From: Enoplolaimus lenunculus
Lineage: Eukaryota
Direction of reading: 5' to 3'
DNA length: 64,000 bases
NCBI GenBank assembly: GCA_030248215.1
Contig: JASANG010000627.1
Span: 124,001 to 188,000, forward strand
Below, piece by piece: positions 55,201-64,000 of this stretch. How positions within the stretch are numbered: position 1 is the stretch's first letter; the number at the start of each line of letters is the position of its first letter. The position numbers and the translations under genes were made by a program. Under the pieces are notes generated by a model. The model was not told where the DNA came from and made no database searches. It was given only the letters and a program-made list of their open reading frames with translations.

Positions 55201-58200
55201 ATCTTCAGTTGAGTTGGAAACACGGTCTACAATGAAAAAAATGGTCCAAAAAGTCGGTTTGCAAAATTTTAAGCCTGCCCCCAGGACCCTCCAGATCATC
55301 TGGGGGCCCCCAGGAAAACTGCCCCCCAGCAAAATCAGCTGCCCCCTAGGAAACTCCTGGGGGCTCCCCCACGAAACGCCGCCCGGCGGAAATTTTCAAG
55401 CTGTGGAGAAGCCAGCAAGATGGATTTTACAAATCTCGAAGCCTTCCCCGCTTCTCCTACCTTGGTACTGTTGGACTTGACCACTCGAAAGCAACCTAGA
55501 GAATCCCGACACTTACACATTGGCGAAATAAAAAAGCAAAACAACATGCCGTCTATAAAAGTGTTTGCAATCACACAAAACCATAGCAGAAATATTATAA
55601 ATTGCTTGCTTTTCTCAAATGTCCCACACTAGCGCGCTTTTCAACAGATTCCGATATTGTCTCCACCACCTTCTTCGCGGCCATTTGACGGTGATTTAGC
55701 CGGTGTAAATAAAAACGATTCAAAAAGCAAATGCTCGACGTACCAGTATAAGACACAAACGGAGGATTACCAGTAGTGACAAGTTGAAGCGCCTGAAATG
55801 ACAACAAAGAGGTAACATTTCCAATATTAACTCAAAAGTTTCGATAAATTTTATTTCTCCTACCAAGCCCAAACACTTTGCGTCGTTGAACTAAAACACA
55901 AATCAAGTCTTAAAACAATAATTCAGCTGATATAGAGTTGTGACTGTATTTACAATAGAACTGTGCCCATTGCTCAAAATTACAGTTATCTGCAATGACT
56001 GAATTGCTAGTCCAACTACTCCATTTCAAATCTACCAAACCATTTGTAGAACACTTTATTATTCTGTAACAGCAAGAAATCATGCGCTGTTTAAAAGCAC
56101 ATATGTAAATGTTAAAACTATGGCATCCGGAGCGTTTTCATACAATTGCAAAAGTGGCCATCGGAACATAAAAGAGCTATATAAACAAATTTGGCGGCTG
56201 TAGCAACGCTCAAATATAGAGTTTGAAAAATTAGACCAACCTGTTTTTTGATAAAGCCCAAATTTTGCAAACGTCGAACAATATAGAACATATCTTTTGG
56301 TTTCATTTTAAACACTTTTGCTAACGATGAGGATACACACGCAGCGGGAATTCCAGCCCATCGTGCTCTAATACAAAAACATTAAACAAGTCCTAAAATA
56401 CAGATTTACTAGCAATATTTTATGTACTGGTGTTTCCCTCGTTACATGTTTCGTTGGAGTGGGGGCGATCACGCCTGGTTTAACCTGTGGAAATTTTCAT
56501 GCATTTTACACTCTTGCGCTAGCGTTTACTATTAAATATTAACTTCTGGCACAAGTTAACCCCATTTTTGGCTCATAAATGCTCCCAGAAGTTTTGTATT
56601 CGCGTATTAGTCGTATACACTTCCCACCTCAATAATTTAATAATTTCAAAAATTCGCAAGGTGAGTATGAAGGGGTCGGAGTGAAAGGGGTAATACGGAT
56701 GCGAAGGAACGTAACTTATAAATACGACAAATACTCCTTTATCCATTATGTAGGTTCCAGTTGAAGACTCGGCTCAAGAAAAGTTTCAAAAGATCAACCA
56801 AACACATAACATAAACCTTGCAATTCTTTCCAATACGGCATAAGTGGTGGAAGATAAAACTTGTTTCACGAAAATCTCAGGCATAACGCATACACCTGCC
56901 AGTTCACGTATACGCATCACTTCATCTGCCACCATAGCAAGCCGCTCTCCATAGCTGAAAATAAAATGATTTGCATTATTATAAATAGAATATTAAGTGC
57001 ATGTTGTTATAGTCCAGGGTACATCCAGGATGCCACCAGATATCACGATCTGGTTTAATATCCGTCAAAAACCAACATACGTATCCAGCTCCAGCATCCG
57101 ATATAAACCTATTGGATACCGGATATTTACGATGGTGGTTCCAAATTTCATGAAACAGCTTTTTTCTACTGGGAGTTTTTAGCATCTTGCTGCGATGTCA
57201 AGCGAAGGACTTCAACATTTGGTACACTGAAGTAAAAATGAAAAATTCAAGCAAACACTTATATATAATTTTAATTTAATGGAAATATACTTACGCTGGA
57301 CTCAAATACATTGAAGTCCACAAAATGTAGATGATATATCCGGTTCCGATACGAAATTCACAACATTCAACACAGATACATTCTTTAACACTTTAACAGC
57401 GACGTTATTCCACTATTCTACGTATATTTTGTAACGTTGCGATCAGTTGCAATATTTGTTCCTGGTTCCTCCCATATTACTTTTAAGGGCATCCAGTTTT
57501 CTATAGGGACTACAAAATAGAGCAGACTTATGGTTGAGGTTAGTACTTTCGCTTGGGCTTAAACTTAATTTTAGGGTTATTTATACTTATACACGCTGAG
57601 ATTTAGGATTACGCTTCGGAATAGGACTACAATACGTTTAAAAGTATGACTGGTCATCTGTACCACGTTTTCCAACGTTACGAGTTGCATGACAGTTGAC
57701 ATAAAATATACAAATGTTTTTTAAAGTTTATAAAAAACATCCGGCAAGTTGAAACAACGGAGTCGGATGTCGATTTGTTGCCTGAGCTGAATATCCAGAC
57801 GCACCCTGTATCTTAGGCTGTGTCACACCAAAACTGTGGACACCTTACGCCACAAAACAAAGAATTGATACATATCAACTGTTTGATACTTGAATGCTTT
57901 TCGTTTAGTGTAACACACGAATTAATCATCTGGACATTAAACTGTCCGGCTCCGACAAAGATGCGATATAACATATTACAATATATGGCAGCTGACCTTG
58001 TGAGCACATAGTCAATGCTATCGTAAGCGGCATTATTTCTTAGTAGATTCGTCACGTCCTTACGCGATTCGTATGCAGAACAAGAACCCAACGCGCCATC
58101 CGAAAGGACACAAACAGGGTATGGATCTTCATAGTCTTCTGGTAACTGATATGCTTCGATTTCAAACTTTTTCTGAAAAGCGTGGTCTGTTACTTAAGTA

Positions 58201-59129
58201 GAACATGCTATAGTCGGCAAAAGATCACATAATAGCAAGTAATCAAGCATTTTTGAAATCTTATAACAACCTTTTCAGTTAAAATATATCAGTATGATGT
58301 AATAATTCCGGCAAAATACAAAACAACATGTGCGCACACCTGGCGTAGAGAGGATGCGAAGCAAGGATTTTTACCGCGGCCGAGGCCAGCAAAATACACT
58401 AAACTTTCAATTTTATGTACGTTTTGGTAAGACCTGGGATTACGGTACCGTTTTTGTCATACAAAATAACGCGATATTTTGCCCTAGCTATTTGTAGAAA
58501 AAGTTAAAAATTTTTTTGAAGTGTTTGTGAAGCCGTTTTAGCAATCATTTTCATATGTAAATGTTTTTTCTGGTTCCTTCCATAGTCCGTATAGCCCGGC
58601 CCCGGCACCCTCTGGCCCTGGCCCTTTGACATCTCTAAGGGCGACTTACAAAGTCTTCTAAATCATTGACAGAAATTGGATTAACGTGCGGTAAACGCCT
58701 AGGATTATCGAGCAAATAAAACGTAATCGATGTATTGTATCGCAATGCGAACCAAACCCACTGTTTTTGGAATGAATCAAGTTCCAGTGGCTGCAAGCGT
58801 GTGCGCAACCGCAACCATAAAGCATCAAACGTAATACCTAAAACGGTACGTCATAGCACATATATAATATGAGATAATAAACACATAAATAGCAAAGAAC
58901 CCTTAAAGAATCAGGGACTCGCCAACAAATCGAATAAATTCTGTTTAAGACACTGCATTTAAAAACACAAGGTTGATTTCGATAGGCATCACGTTTCACT
59001 CTCAATAGAGCTTCAAAATATCAACGCACGTATAATCCAAAAAATCAATACCGCGTAGAAATAAGTATTACCTTCAACCCCTTCGAGCGTTATCTCTTCT
59101 ATAGCAGCATCAGCAACATCAGAAGCCAT
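27011..59129 (-). CDS. GTF3C1: General transcription factor IIIC subunit 1 (TFIIIC B-box-binding subunit, Tfc3/TFIIIC220 orthologue), ~39 exons
   Basis: N-terminus MASDVADAAIEEITLEGVEGITFDALWLRL matches the GTF3C1 EEI/VxLEGLxG start. Internal motifs: YAVLERIARARWAG, KDMFYIVRRLQNLGFIKKQ (B-block winged helix), KMQIFHEFLQY, WRRFLPPPP, GWFMIRDVLLCLPLSLF, YLTDPVRRHTLLSDLP, ESKDKT, IPDTLDE. C-terminal RPWLRANGCLN..SPGLPE..ALQP..QLLE. Exons read: 59072-59129, 58650-58837, 57997-58172, 56817-56954, 56241-56367, 55630-55792, 55461-55495, 54306-54542, 53439-53712, 52435-52648, 52122-52207, 51314-51405, 50918-~51052, 50453-50593, 49788-50249, 49152-49467, 47737-47825, 46946-47149, 46117-46354, 45378-45570, ~44396-44534, 43319-43363, 42862-42894, 41550-41677, 41028-41126, 40662-40778, 40267-40376, 36132-36423, 34447-34649, 33751-33913, ~33234-33342, 32184-32531, 31787-31944, 30921-31169, 30079-30303, 29492-29625, 28261-28462, 27692-27776, 27011-27219 (TGA). 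Confidence 0.93.
28571..29350. mobile_element. DINE-1/HINE-like (Helentron-associated) non-autonomous element with internal tandem array
   Basis: Short inverted ends TTATTGAGCGAAGC / GCTTCGTTCAATAA; ~3.3 tandem units of 154-174 bp starting at 28609, 28763, 28937, ~29108; (GACG/GACA)n microsatellite ~29243-29267; perfect 14-bp hairpin at 29308-29338. Confidence 0.75.
30384..30509. repeat. Perfect 62-bp tandem duplication in a GTF3C1 intron
   Basis: CAACAATTATTGTGACC...CATGCAAAC at 30384 and again at 30446. Confidence 0.95.
34033..34228. mobile_element. Small MITE, CCAAGAGTGGATGAT TIR
   Basis: 15-bp TIR CCAAGAGTGGATGAT...ATCATCCACTCTTGG; flanks TTGTA / TTGCA (5-bp TSD with one mismatch). Related decayed copies at ~3787-4112 and ~4142-4406. 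Confidence 0.7.
34864..35646. mobile_element. ~785-bp non-autonomous DNA transposon with 5-bp TSD, copy 1
   Basis: 16-bp TIR CTGGCTTCTCCACAGC...GCTGTGGAGAAGCCAG; TSD TAATA (34859-34863 / 35647-35651); G/C-run-rich subterminal arms, AT-rich core. Confidence 0.9.
36650..40244 (+). mobile_element. 5'-truncated, decayed non-LTR retrotransposon with RT + RNase H + C-terminal Cys/His motif (I-group-like: Nimb/Ingi/I), in a GTF3C1 intron, antisense to the gene
   Basis: ORF pieces: WKWSRANWSGF; RT (SAAGPDG, YRPVSLTS, QAGFRKNRSC, LLDYSKVFD, GVPQGAVLSP, YADD at ~38072); RNase H (IYTDGS, ESEL, SDS, QWVPGHIG..NETVD); LARLRAGHC. In-frame stops (e.g. 37014, 38022, 38160) and frameshifts. Ends in (CAA)~15 at 40198-40244 and begins after (CAA)~10 at 36650-36680. 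Confidence 0.93.
38551..38941. mobile_element. hAT-like MITE inserted into the retroelement ORF
   Basis: TIRs CAGGGTGCAAC...GTTGCACCCTG, perfect 8-bp TSD CAAGGCGC (38543-38550 / 38942-38949), subterminal CCGGAA repeats. Removing it restores ...QNKA|LRIITG...TPVKALRLEAG. Confidence 0.93.
41995..42740. mobile_element. hAT-like MITE (TAGGGAT-TGCCGAT family), outer and older copy
   Basis: Ends TAGTGATGTGCCGAT...ATCAGGACTTCCTTA; 8-bp TSD ATTTTAAT (41987-41994 / 42741-42748). Confidence 0.8.
42134..42476. mobile_element. hAT-like MITE of the same family nested, inverted, in the outer copy
   Basis: TIR TAGGGATATGCCGAT...ATCGGCACATCCCTA; perfect 8-bp TSD CTTAAAAC (42126-42133 / 42477-42484). Confidence 0.9.
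44737..45136. mobile_element. hAT-like MITE (CAGGGTGCAA family)
   Basis: TIR CAGGGTGCAA...TTGCACCCTG, perfect 8-bp TSD GCATGTGC (44729-44736 / 45137-45144), CGGAAT subterminal repeats. Confidence 0.9.
48159..48677. mobile_element. Older inverted copy of the 44737 MITE family
   Basis: Ends CAGGATGCGAA...TTCGCACCCTG; internal sequence is the reverse complement of 44800-45030 (e.g. TTTGTATTAACAAGTA). TSD no longer recognisable. Confidence 0.75.
51669..52079. mobile_element. Tc1/pogo-type MITE (TA TSD) rich in ACCGCG/CGCGAT motifs
   Basis: TA|CAGTCACGGACA...TGTCCGTGACTG|TA; similar CGCGAT-rich remnant at ~43015-43200. Confidence 0.85.
54631..55415. mobile_element. ~785-bp non-autonomous DNA transposon with 5-bp TSD, copy 2 (inverted)
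   Basis: Same TIRs; TSD CAAGA (54626-54630 / 55416-55420); highly similar reverse complement of 34864-35646. Confidence 0.9.
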
Positions 59130-59797
59130 ACTGATTCAGAAAGAAAATGTACGTAAACTAGAGTTGTTTATTAACCTATTTTAATAAGTTATTAAGCACT
59201 AAGTATATGTATTAGAGATGTCAAGCTTTGTTATACCGGAATTTGAAAGCATTTTCATCACCGAATTACTGTTTTTTACAAAACTTGTCAAAAAATGGCT
59301 GAAGCGAATTTTCAGCTGTTTCATCATGAAGTTTTCCAAAAACACATCAGAAACAGTATGTGAACAAAATTGAAGTAATTGCAAAAACACGCATATCGAA
59401 ATAACAATTTTCAAAAACAAAGTTTCCAATATTTATATGATTAACAAAAACTTGCTACAAAACCGTTTTGAAGCTCCGATTCCTGAATCTTTGAATGTAG
59501 GAACAGGAAATGAATTATGCAGGAATTCCGGTTGAACCTTCCGCAAGTATAGATAAACATATAAAAAAGACCACGTATGGGTTGCTCTATATTTTACAGT
59601 GCCGGACGCCGCTATGCGTTGCCAACAAAATCATAGATAAAATCTATTCAGTGGAGTGCGGTGGCGCCGGCAATTTTTAAAAAAATTTTAGAAAGCCGGA
59701 CGCCGGCGTTCGGCGGCGCGTATAGAACAATACCAACAAAACACACTACGCGTGAAAAAACATACTATACATAGTTCATACACGTCACACGTAGGTC

Positions 59798-60110
59798 CAT
59801 GGAATTAAGTTTTGCCGGAACAGGAATAGGAATGGAATTTTTTGCAAAAACAGGAACCGGAATTTCATATAATTTTCATCACCTAATTACTGTTGTATAT
59901 ACTATTTCGAAAACTAGCCAAGAAATGCCTTCATTTCGAAGTAACAATTTTTCAAAGCCAAAGTTTCCAATATTTAATGATAAAAAATCATTTACCATAA
60001 AACCTTAAACATTCCATTTCCGGCATCTTTGAATGCAGGGACAGGAACAGGAAGATGAATTGAATTTTTTTAAGGAATTCCGGCCGGAACCGGAGCCCCG
60101 TGAAACCCTG
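59798..60110. mobile_element. hAT-like MITE remnant with GGAAC/GGAAT repeats; related fragment at ~59410-59540
   Basis: Ends ...GAAACCCTG; shares AAGTTTCCAATATTTA, ATCTTTGAATG.AGG and AGGAATTCCGG with 59410-59540. Confidence 0.55.
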
Positions 60111-60549
60111 AAACCACTCAGTGTTCTGTTGATCATAAGTTGCCGAGGATCGCTGGTTTGAATCCAGTACGTAGTAAACACACAATGTCGACCGCTACAC
60201 AATGATAAGACGTGGTTGTCCTAATGCATATGCCAATGCAATGCACATGCTGTGCGCTAACCGGTGTCCGTCACCGAAAATAAAAAATTTTCTGACAAAT
60301 TTTTAAATATTTTTTATCTGCTCAAAATTATTCTTTAATTCATACAATTAAATTAATAAATCGCCGCCAAACTTTATTTTACTTTATTTATCACTTAGGA
60401 ATGGTGGCACAAGCGCAACGATTGAAAACTTTCACAACTATTTCCAGCTCCAATTATAACACTTTGCACACATATAAAAATTAGCTTGAGCCGATTATAT
60501 GCGACGGTCAGTGCCAACATTAATGAAAACATTACTTGGTGATCAACTC

Positions 60550-60874
60550 TGTAGCGTAAACAGCTCATTCACTTTGCTTGTGCTGCGCAATTTTATACTT
60601 GTTTGCTTCCACACGCCTGCCAGTCAAGGTAGGAACCGGGACATCAGACCTTTTTACTAAGCAGCTGGAAAAGCGGGCTAGAGCGGGGATCGAACTCTCA
60701 GCCTACGGATCCCTAAGCGAGCACTCTACCACTGCGGCACGCAGCCCGCCTGTCCAACTGCATTTTTCGTCGACTATATTTGTCGACCGTATGCTGCCAG
60801 CTAGCATACATACAGTGCACACTGCACTATATTGCATGTGCACATAATGGACAAGCATGTCTCACATGCTTACA
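60550..60874 (-). mobile_element. LTR-like element (TGT...ACA) containing a tRNA-like Pol III cassette; TRIM/Helenus-like LTR
   Basis: Minus strand begins TGTAAGCATGTGAGACATGCTT and ends TTTACGCTACA; flanks ACTC / ACGC (4 bp, one mismatch). Homologous pieces at 19324-~19559 (+), 60891-~61050 (-) and 61100-~61222 (+). Confidence 0.7.
60673..60749 (-). ncRNA. tRNA-derived (non-canonical) Pol III unit inside the LTR-like repeat; not a bona fide tRNA gene
   Basis: GCGGGCT...AGCCCGC terminal stem, A box TGCCGCAGTGG (60729-60739), B box GAGTTCGATCCCC (60685-60697), TTTT immediately after (60669-60672); no convincing anticodon arm. Confidence 0.7.
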
Positions 60875-61224
60875 ACGCCCATGCCTAGAGTGAAGCGTAA
60901 ACCTAGCAAAATAATCACTTTGCGGGAACTTGAGACGAGAATCCCGAGACTTGCCTAGACCGAGAGTACGCATCCCTGTTGGTGGGAACTGAAACCTACC
61001 TTTTAAACTACGCAGCTAGAAAAGCGGGCCTACAGAGCGGAGATCAAGCTATTGGTTTTACTTACATACTCCACAAGGTCATCTTTTGACCGTTCATCCT
61101 GTAAGCATGTGAGACATGTTTATATGGTGCATAAGCAATATGTGCAATGCACATTGTATGGTATGCTTGCTGGCAACATACGGTCAACAAATAAAGCCGA
61201 TGGAAAAGGTAGTTGGAGCAGATT

Positions 61225-64000
61225 GGAAAAGTGTCTTCATAAGGAAATCAATGTCTTCAGCCGAACGACAATATGCGCGAGTTATACAAAGCGAAGAATG
61301 AGTTAAAAGAAAAAGAACCTTCAGGCTCTACATACAAATATGTTGTCTGGGGAAACGATTGTTCGTTTTAAGAATTGCAAACGTAACGAAGCTGGTGTTT
61401 TGGTTGATGGATTTCGAGACAAGCATTTTATCTATAATGCTGGCTTGCGTAATAATGGCTCGGGAAACAGTTAACCGGGGCAAACTCTCAGAAAGCCCAA
61501 ATTTTCAAATGTACGCTTTTTAACTGTCGTAGCCTTTGTAATAAATTTGACGAGTTCAAGCTTATTCTTGCTACCGCAATATTTGATGTCATTTTTATTA
61601 CAGAAACCTGGTTGACTGAGTCCATACCAAATTCCGCACTCAATAGTTTTGATAAATATAATATCTATCGTTGTGACAGGAAAAGCGGCGTAGGTGGTGG
61701 TGTTGCTATGTTAGTTAAAACATCGCTTATCTCAGTTTCTGTTGAAATTCCTGCGGATTACTCTCAGCTTGAACTGTTGTGTGTAGATGTTTTCAGGCCT
61801 AGACCCATTCGGATATTTGTATACTATCGCCCTCCGCATAGTAATTTTGAAGAATTGTCCCTGTTTAAAGGCTGCATCGACAAGCTTTGTTCCCACGAAG
61901 CATCGGTAATTATTACAGGAGATTTTAACATGCCTGATTTTGACTGGGGTAACTTTCGTTTCCCGAATTCTGAGCTTTATATCTGTTCTTACGAAATAGT
62001 CAGAATACATTCTTTGCTCCAGCTTGTAAGATCCCCGACTAGACAGGACAAAATTCTAGACCTTGTTTTGACAAATCAGGCACAAATAATATCCTCCGTT
62101 AGCGTAGATGTTCCGTTTTCCACTAGCGACCATAGTTCAGTAAACTTTGATGTAACGTATGTAAGCAAGCTGCGCGTTGAGTCGAAAACAAACGTGTTGC
62201 ATAGTAAAGCAGATCGTATTGCAATCTCCAGGTCGCTTTTAGCGCTGAACCTTACCAATCTCGCTAAGAACCGACAATCAGTTAACGCCATTTGGAGTTA
62301 TTTTAAAAAATTTATTGGTGATTTAATAGCTAGATTCATAGCGGTTATCAGTTTTAAAGGGAATTGCGCTAGAAGTTATCCTGCACATATACAGCGTGAT
62401 TTAAATCGAAAAAAAGTTCTTTGGCGTCTGACTCGGGTTGGTGGATCACTACTCGCTTACAAACGGCAAGCAGCTAAGTGTGCTAAGCTTACAAAAAATT
62501 ATCGCCTTCGCTGTGAGCGAAACGCGTTAAAAAGTAAACGACCTGGAGCTTTATATAGGTTCATTAATCTAGGTTGAAAAGCAGATGTGATATTGCACCT
62601 ATACACAATCAAGGCACAATTGTGTTTGATAACGGCCTTAAATGCTCTCTGTTTAATGAATATTTCTGCTCTGTCTTTACTTGTGACGATAATTATGTAC
62701 CCGGTGTTCCCCTTAGGGTGAACAAGTACCTCGAGGGTGTAGATTTTTCTCCTGGAATCATTGAATTTTACTTACGAAAATTAACTGCAAAGACCAGCCA
62801 CACCCCGGACGGTATCAATTGCTATATGTTGAAACACTATGCCACTGAGTTCGCTTCTCATCTCGCCCTTATTTTTCAGTTATCATTTGATTCTGGTACC
62901 TTGCCGGCTGACTGGTTGCTAGCCGACGTGGTCCCAGTATATAAAAAGGTTCTTGTAGCCTAGTTTCCAATTATCGTCCCATTTCCTTGACCAGTGCATG
63001 CTGTAAGGTTATGGAAAGAGTTTTTGAACAATAACAATCTGTTTTCAAAAAAGCAGTATGGTTTTCTGCCTAAAAGATCCACCTGTAGTCACTTGATCCA
63101 GACAACCCACAGTCTAGCACTTTTTCTAAACAATAGTAGCTACATGGGGGCGGATGTTATATATAGACTTTGCCAAAGCATTTGACACTGTGAATCATAG
63201 AAAGGTTTTGATAAAACTTTCCTCATATGGGCTTAGAGGTTCACTCTTGCGTTGGATAAACGCGTTTCTTCAAAATCGTACTCAGCGGGTTAAAATCGGT
63301 GACTGCTATTCTACACGCGAGCCGGTTACTTCTGGGGTCCCGCAAGGTTCTGTATTGGGTCCTATGTTATTTTTAGTTTATATCAATGATATTCTTGATC
63401 TTTTACATGATGTACATGCTGAGATGTACGCAGACGATTTGAAACTATATGTAGGAATTACTAGGTCTGACCCGCTGAAATCTCGGAGCACACTACAAAA
63501 TGCGTTGGATATCGTTCATGATTATGCTAATACGTGGCAATTAAAAATTGCCGTGAATAAATGCAAAGTTGTGCATTTTCGCTGCGCTAACGAACCTTTG
63601 AATGTTCGCTACTGTATTGGCAGCGAGGTCCTTGCCAGCGCAAATGAGGTAAATGATCTTGGAGTTATTTTCGAGCGTTCATTGAAATTTTCTAGGCACT
63701 GTGATTATATAGCTCATAAAGCAAACAAGACAATAAACATACTTTTAGATGCTTCCAGTCTTTCTCACTATCCCAGTATATATCTGCGTATAAGTCATTT
63801 GTTATTCCAATATTGGATTATTGTTCAAATGTATGGAACCCTGTTTTGCTGTGTGATATTGACAAAATTGAGAAAGTACAGCGCTATTTTACTAGAAGAC
63901 TCTATTTCAAATTTAAATTAGGAGACAAAACTTACCGTTCTAGGCTAGGGGAACTTGAGCTTGAATCGTTAGAATATCGCCGACTAAAGTCCGATTTAGC
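61225..64000 (+). mobile_element. Decayed CR1/L2-group LINE (ORF1 tail + APE endonuclease + RT), runs off the right end
   Basis: APE motifs from ~61510 (FNCRSL.NK, ITETWL, YRCDR, GGGVA, YYRPP, GDFNMP, PTR..ILDL, SDH); RT motifs (YRPISLT, QYGF, YIDFAKAFDTVNH, SGVPQGSVLGP, YADDLK, DLGV); several frameshifts. The 5' boundary is approximate. Confidence 0.92.

Noticed and set aside
60120..60172. tRNA gene at the CTGGTTTGAATCCAG T-arm
   Set aside because: Only a T-arm relic with a mutated B box; no D arm or acceptor stem.

Overview
AT-rich, intron-dense animal genomic DNA, most likely a nematode (TTTCAG/TTTTAG acceptors, TTAGGC repeats; inference). Two spliced genes lie on the minus strand. The first is a NIDO + EGF-domain extracellular protein (ATG at 11745, running off the left end). 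The second is a ~39-exon, 32-kb GTF3C1 (TFIIIC B-box-binding subunit) orthologue at 59129->27011. Introns and intergenic DNA are packed with mobile elements: a decayed RT+RNase H non-LTR element flanked on both sides by (CAA)n, a decayed CR1-type LINE at the right end, several hAT-like MITEs with 8-bp TSDs (two of them nested insertions), TA-TSD MITEs, MITEs with unusual 5-bp TSDs, a DINE-1/HINE-like element, and a TTAGGC-carrying MITE. The most unusual element is a ~325-bp TGT...ACA LTR-like repeat carrying an internal tRNA-like Pol III cassette (A box, B box, TTTT). It has three further fragments in the window, and it sits ~1.5 kb upstream of the TFIIIC gene. All exon structures were read by hand, so the boundaries marked ~ are uncertain.
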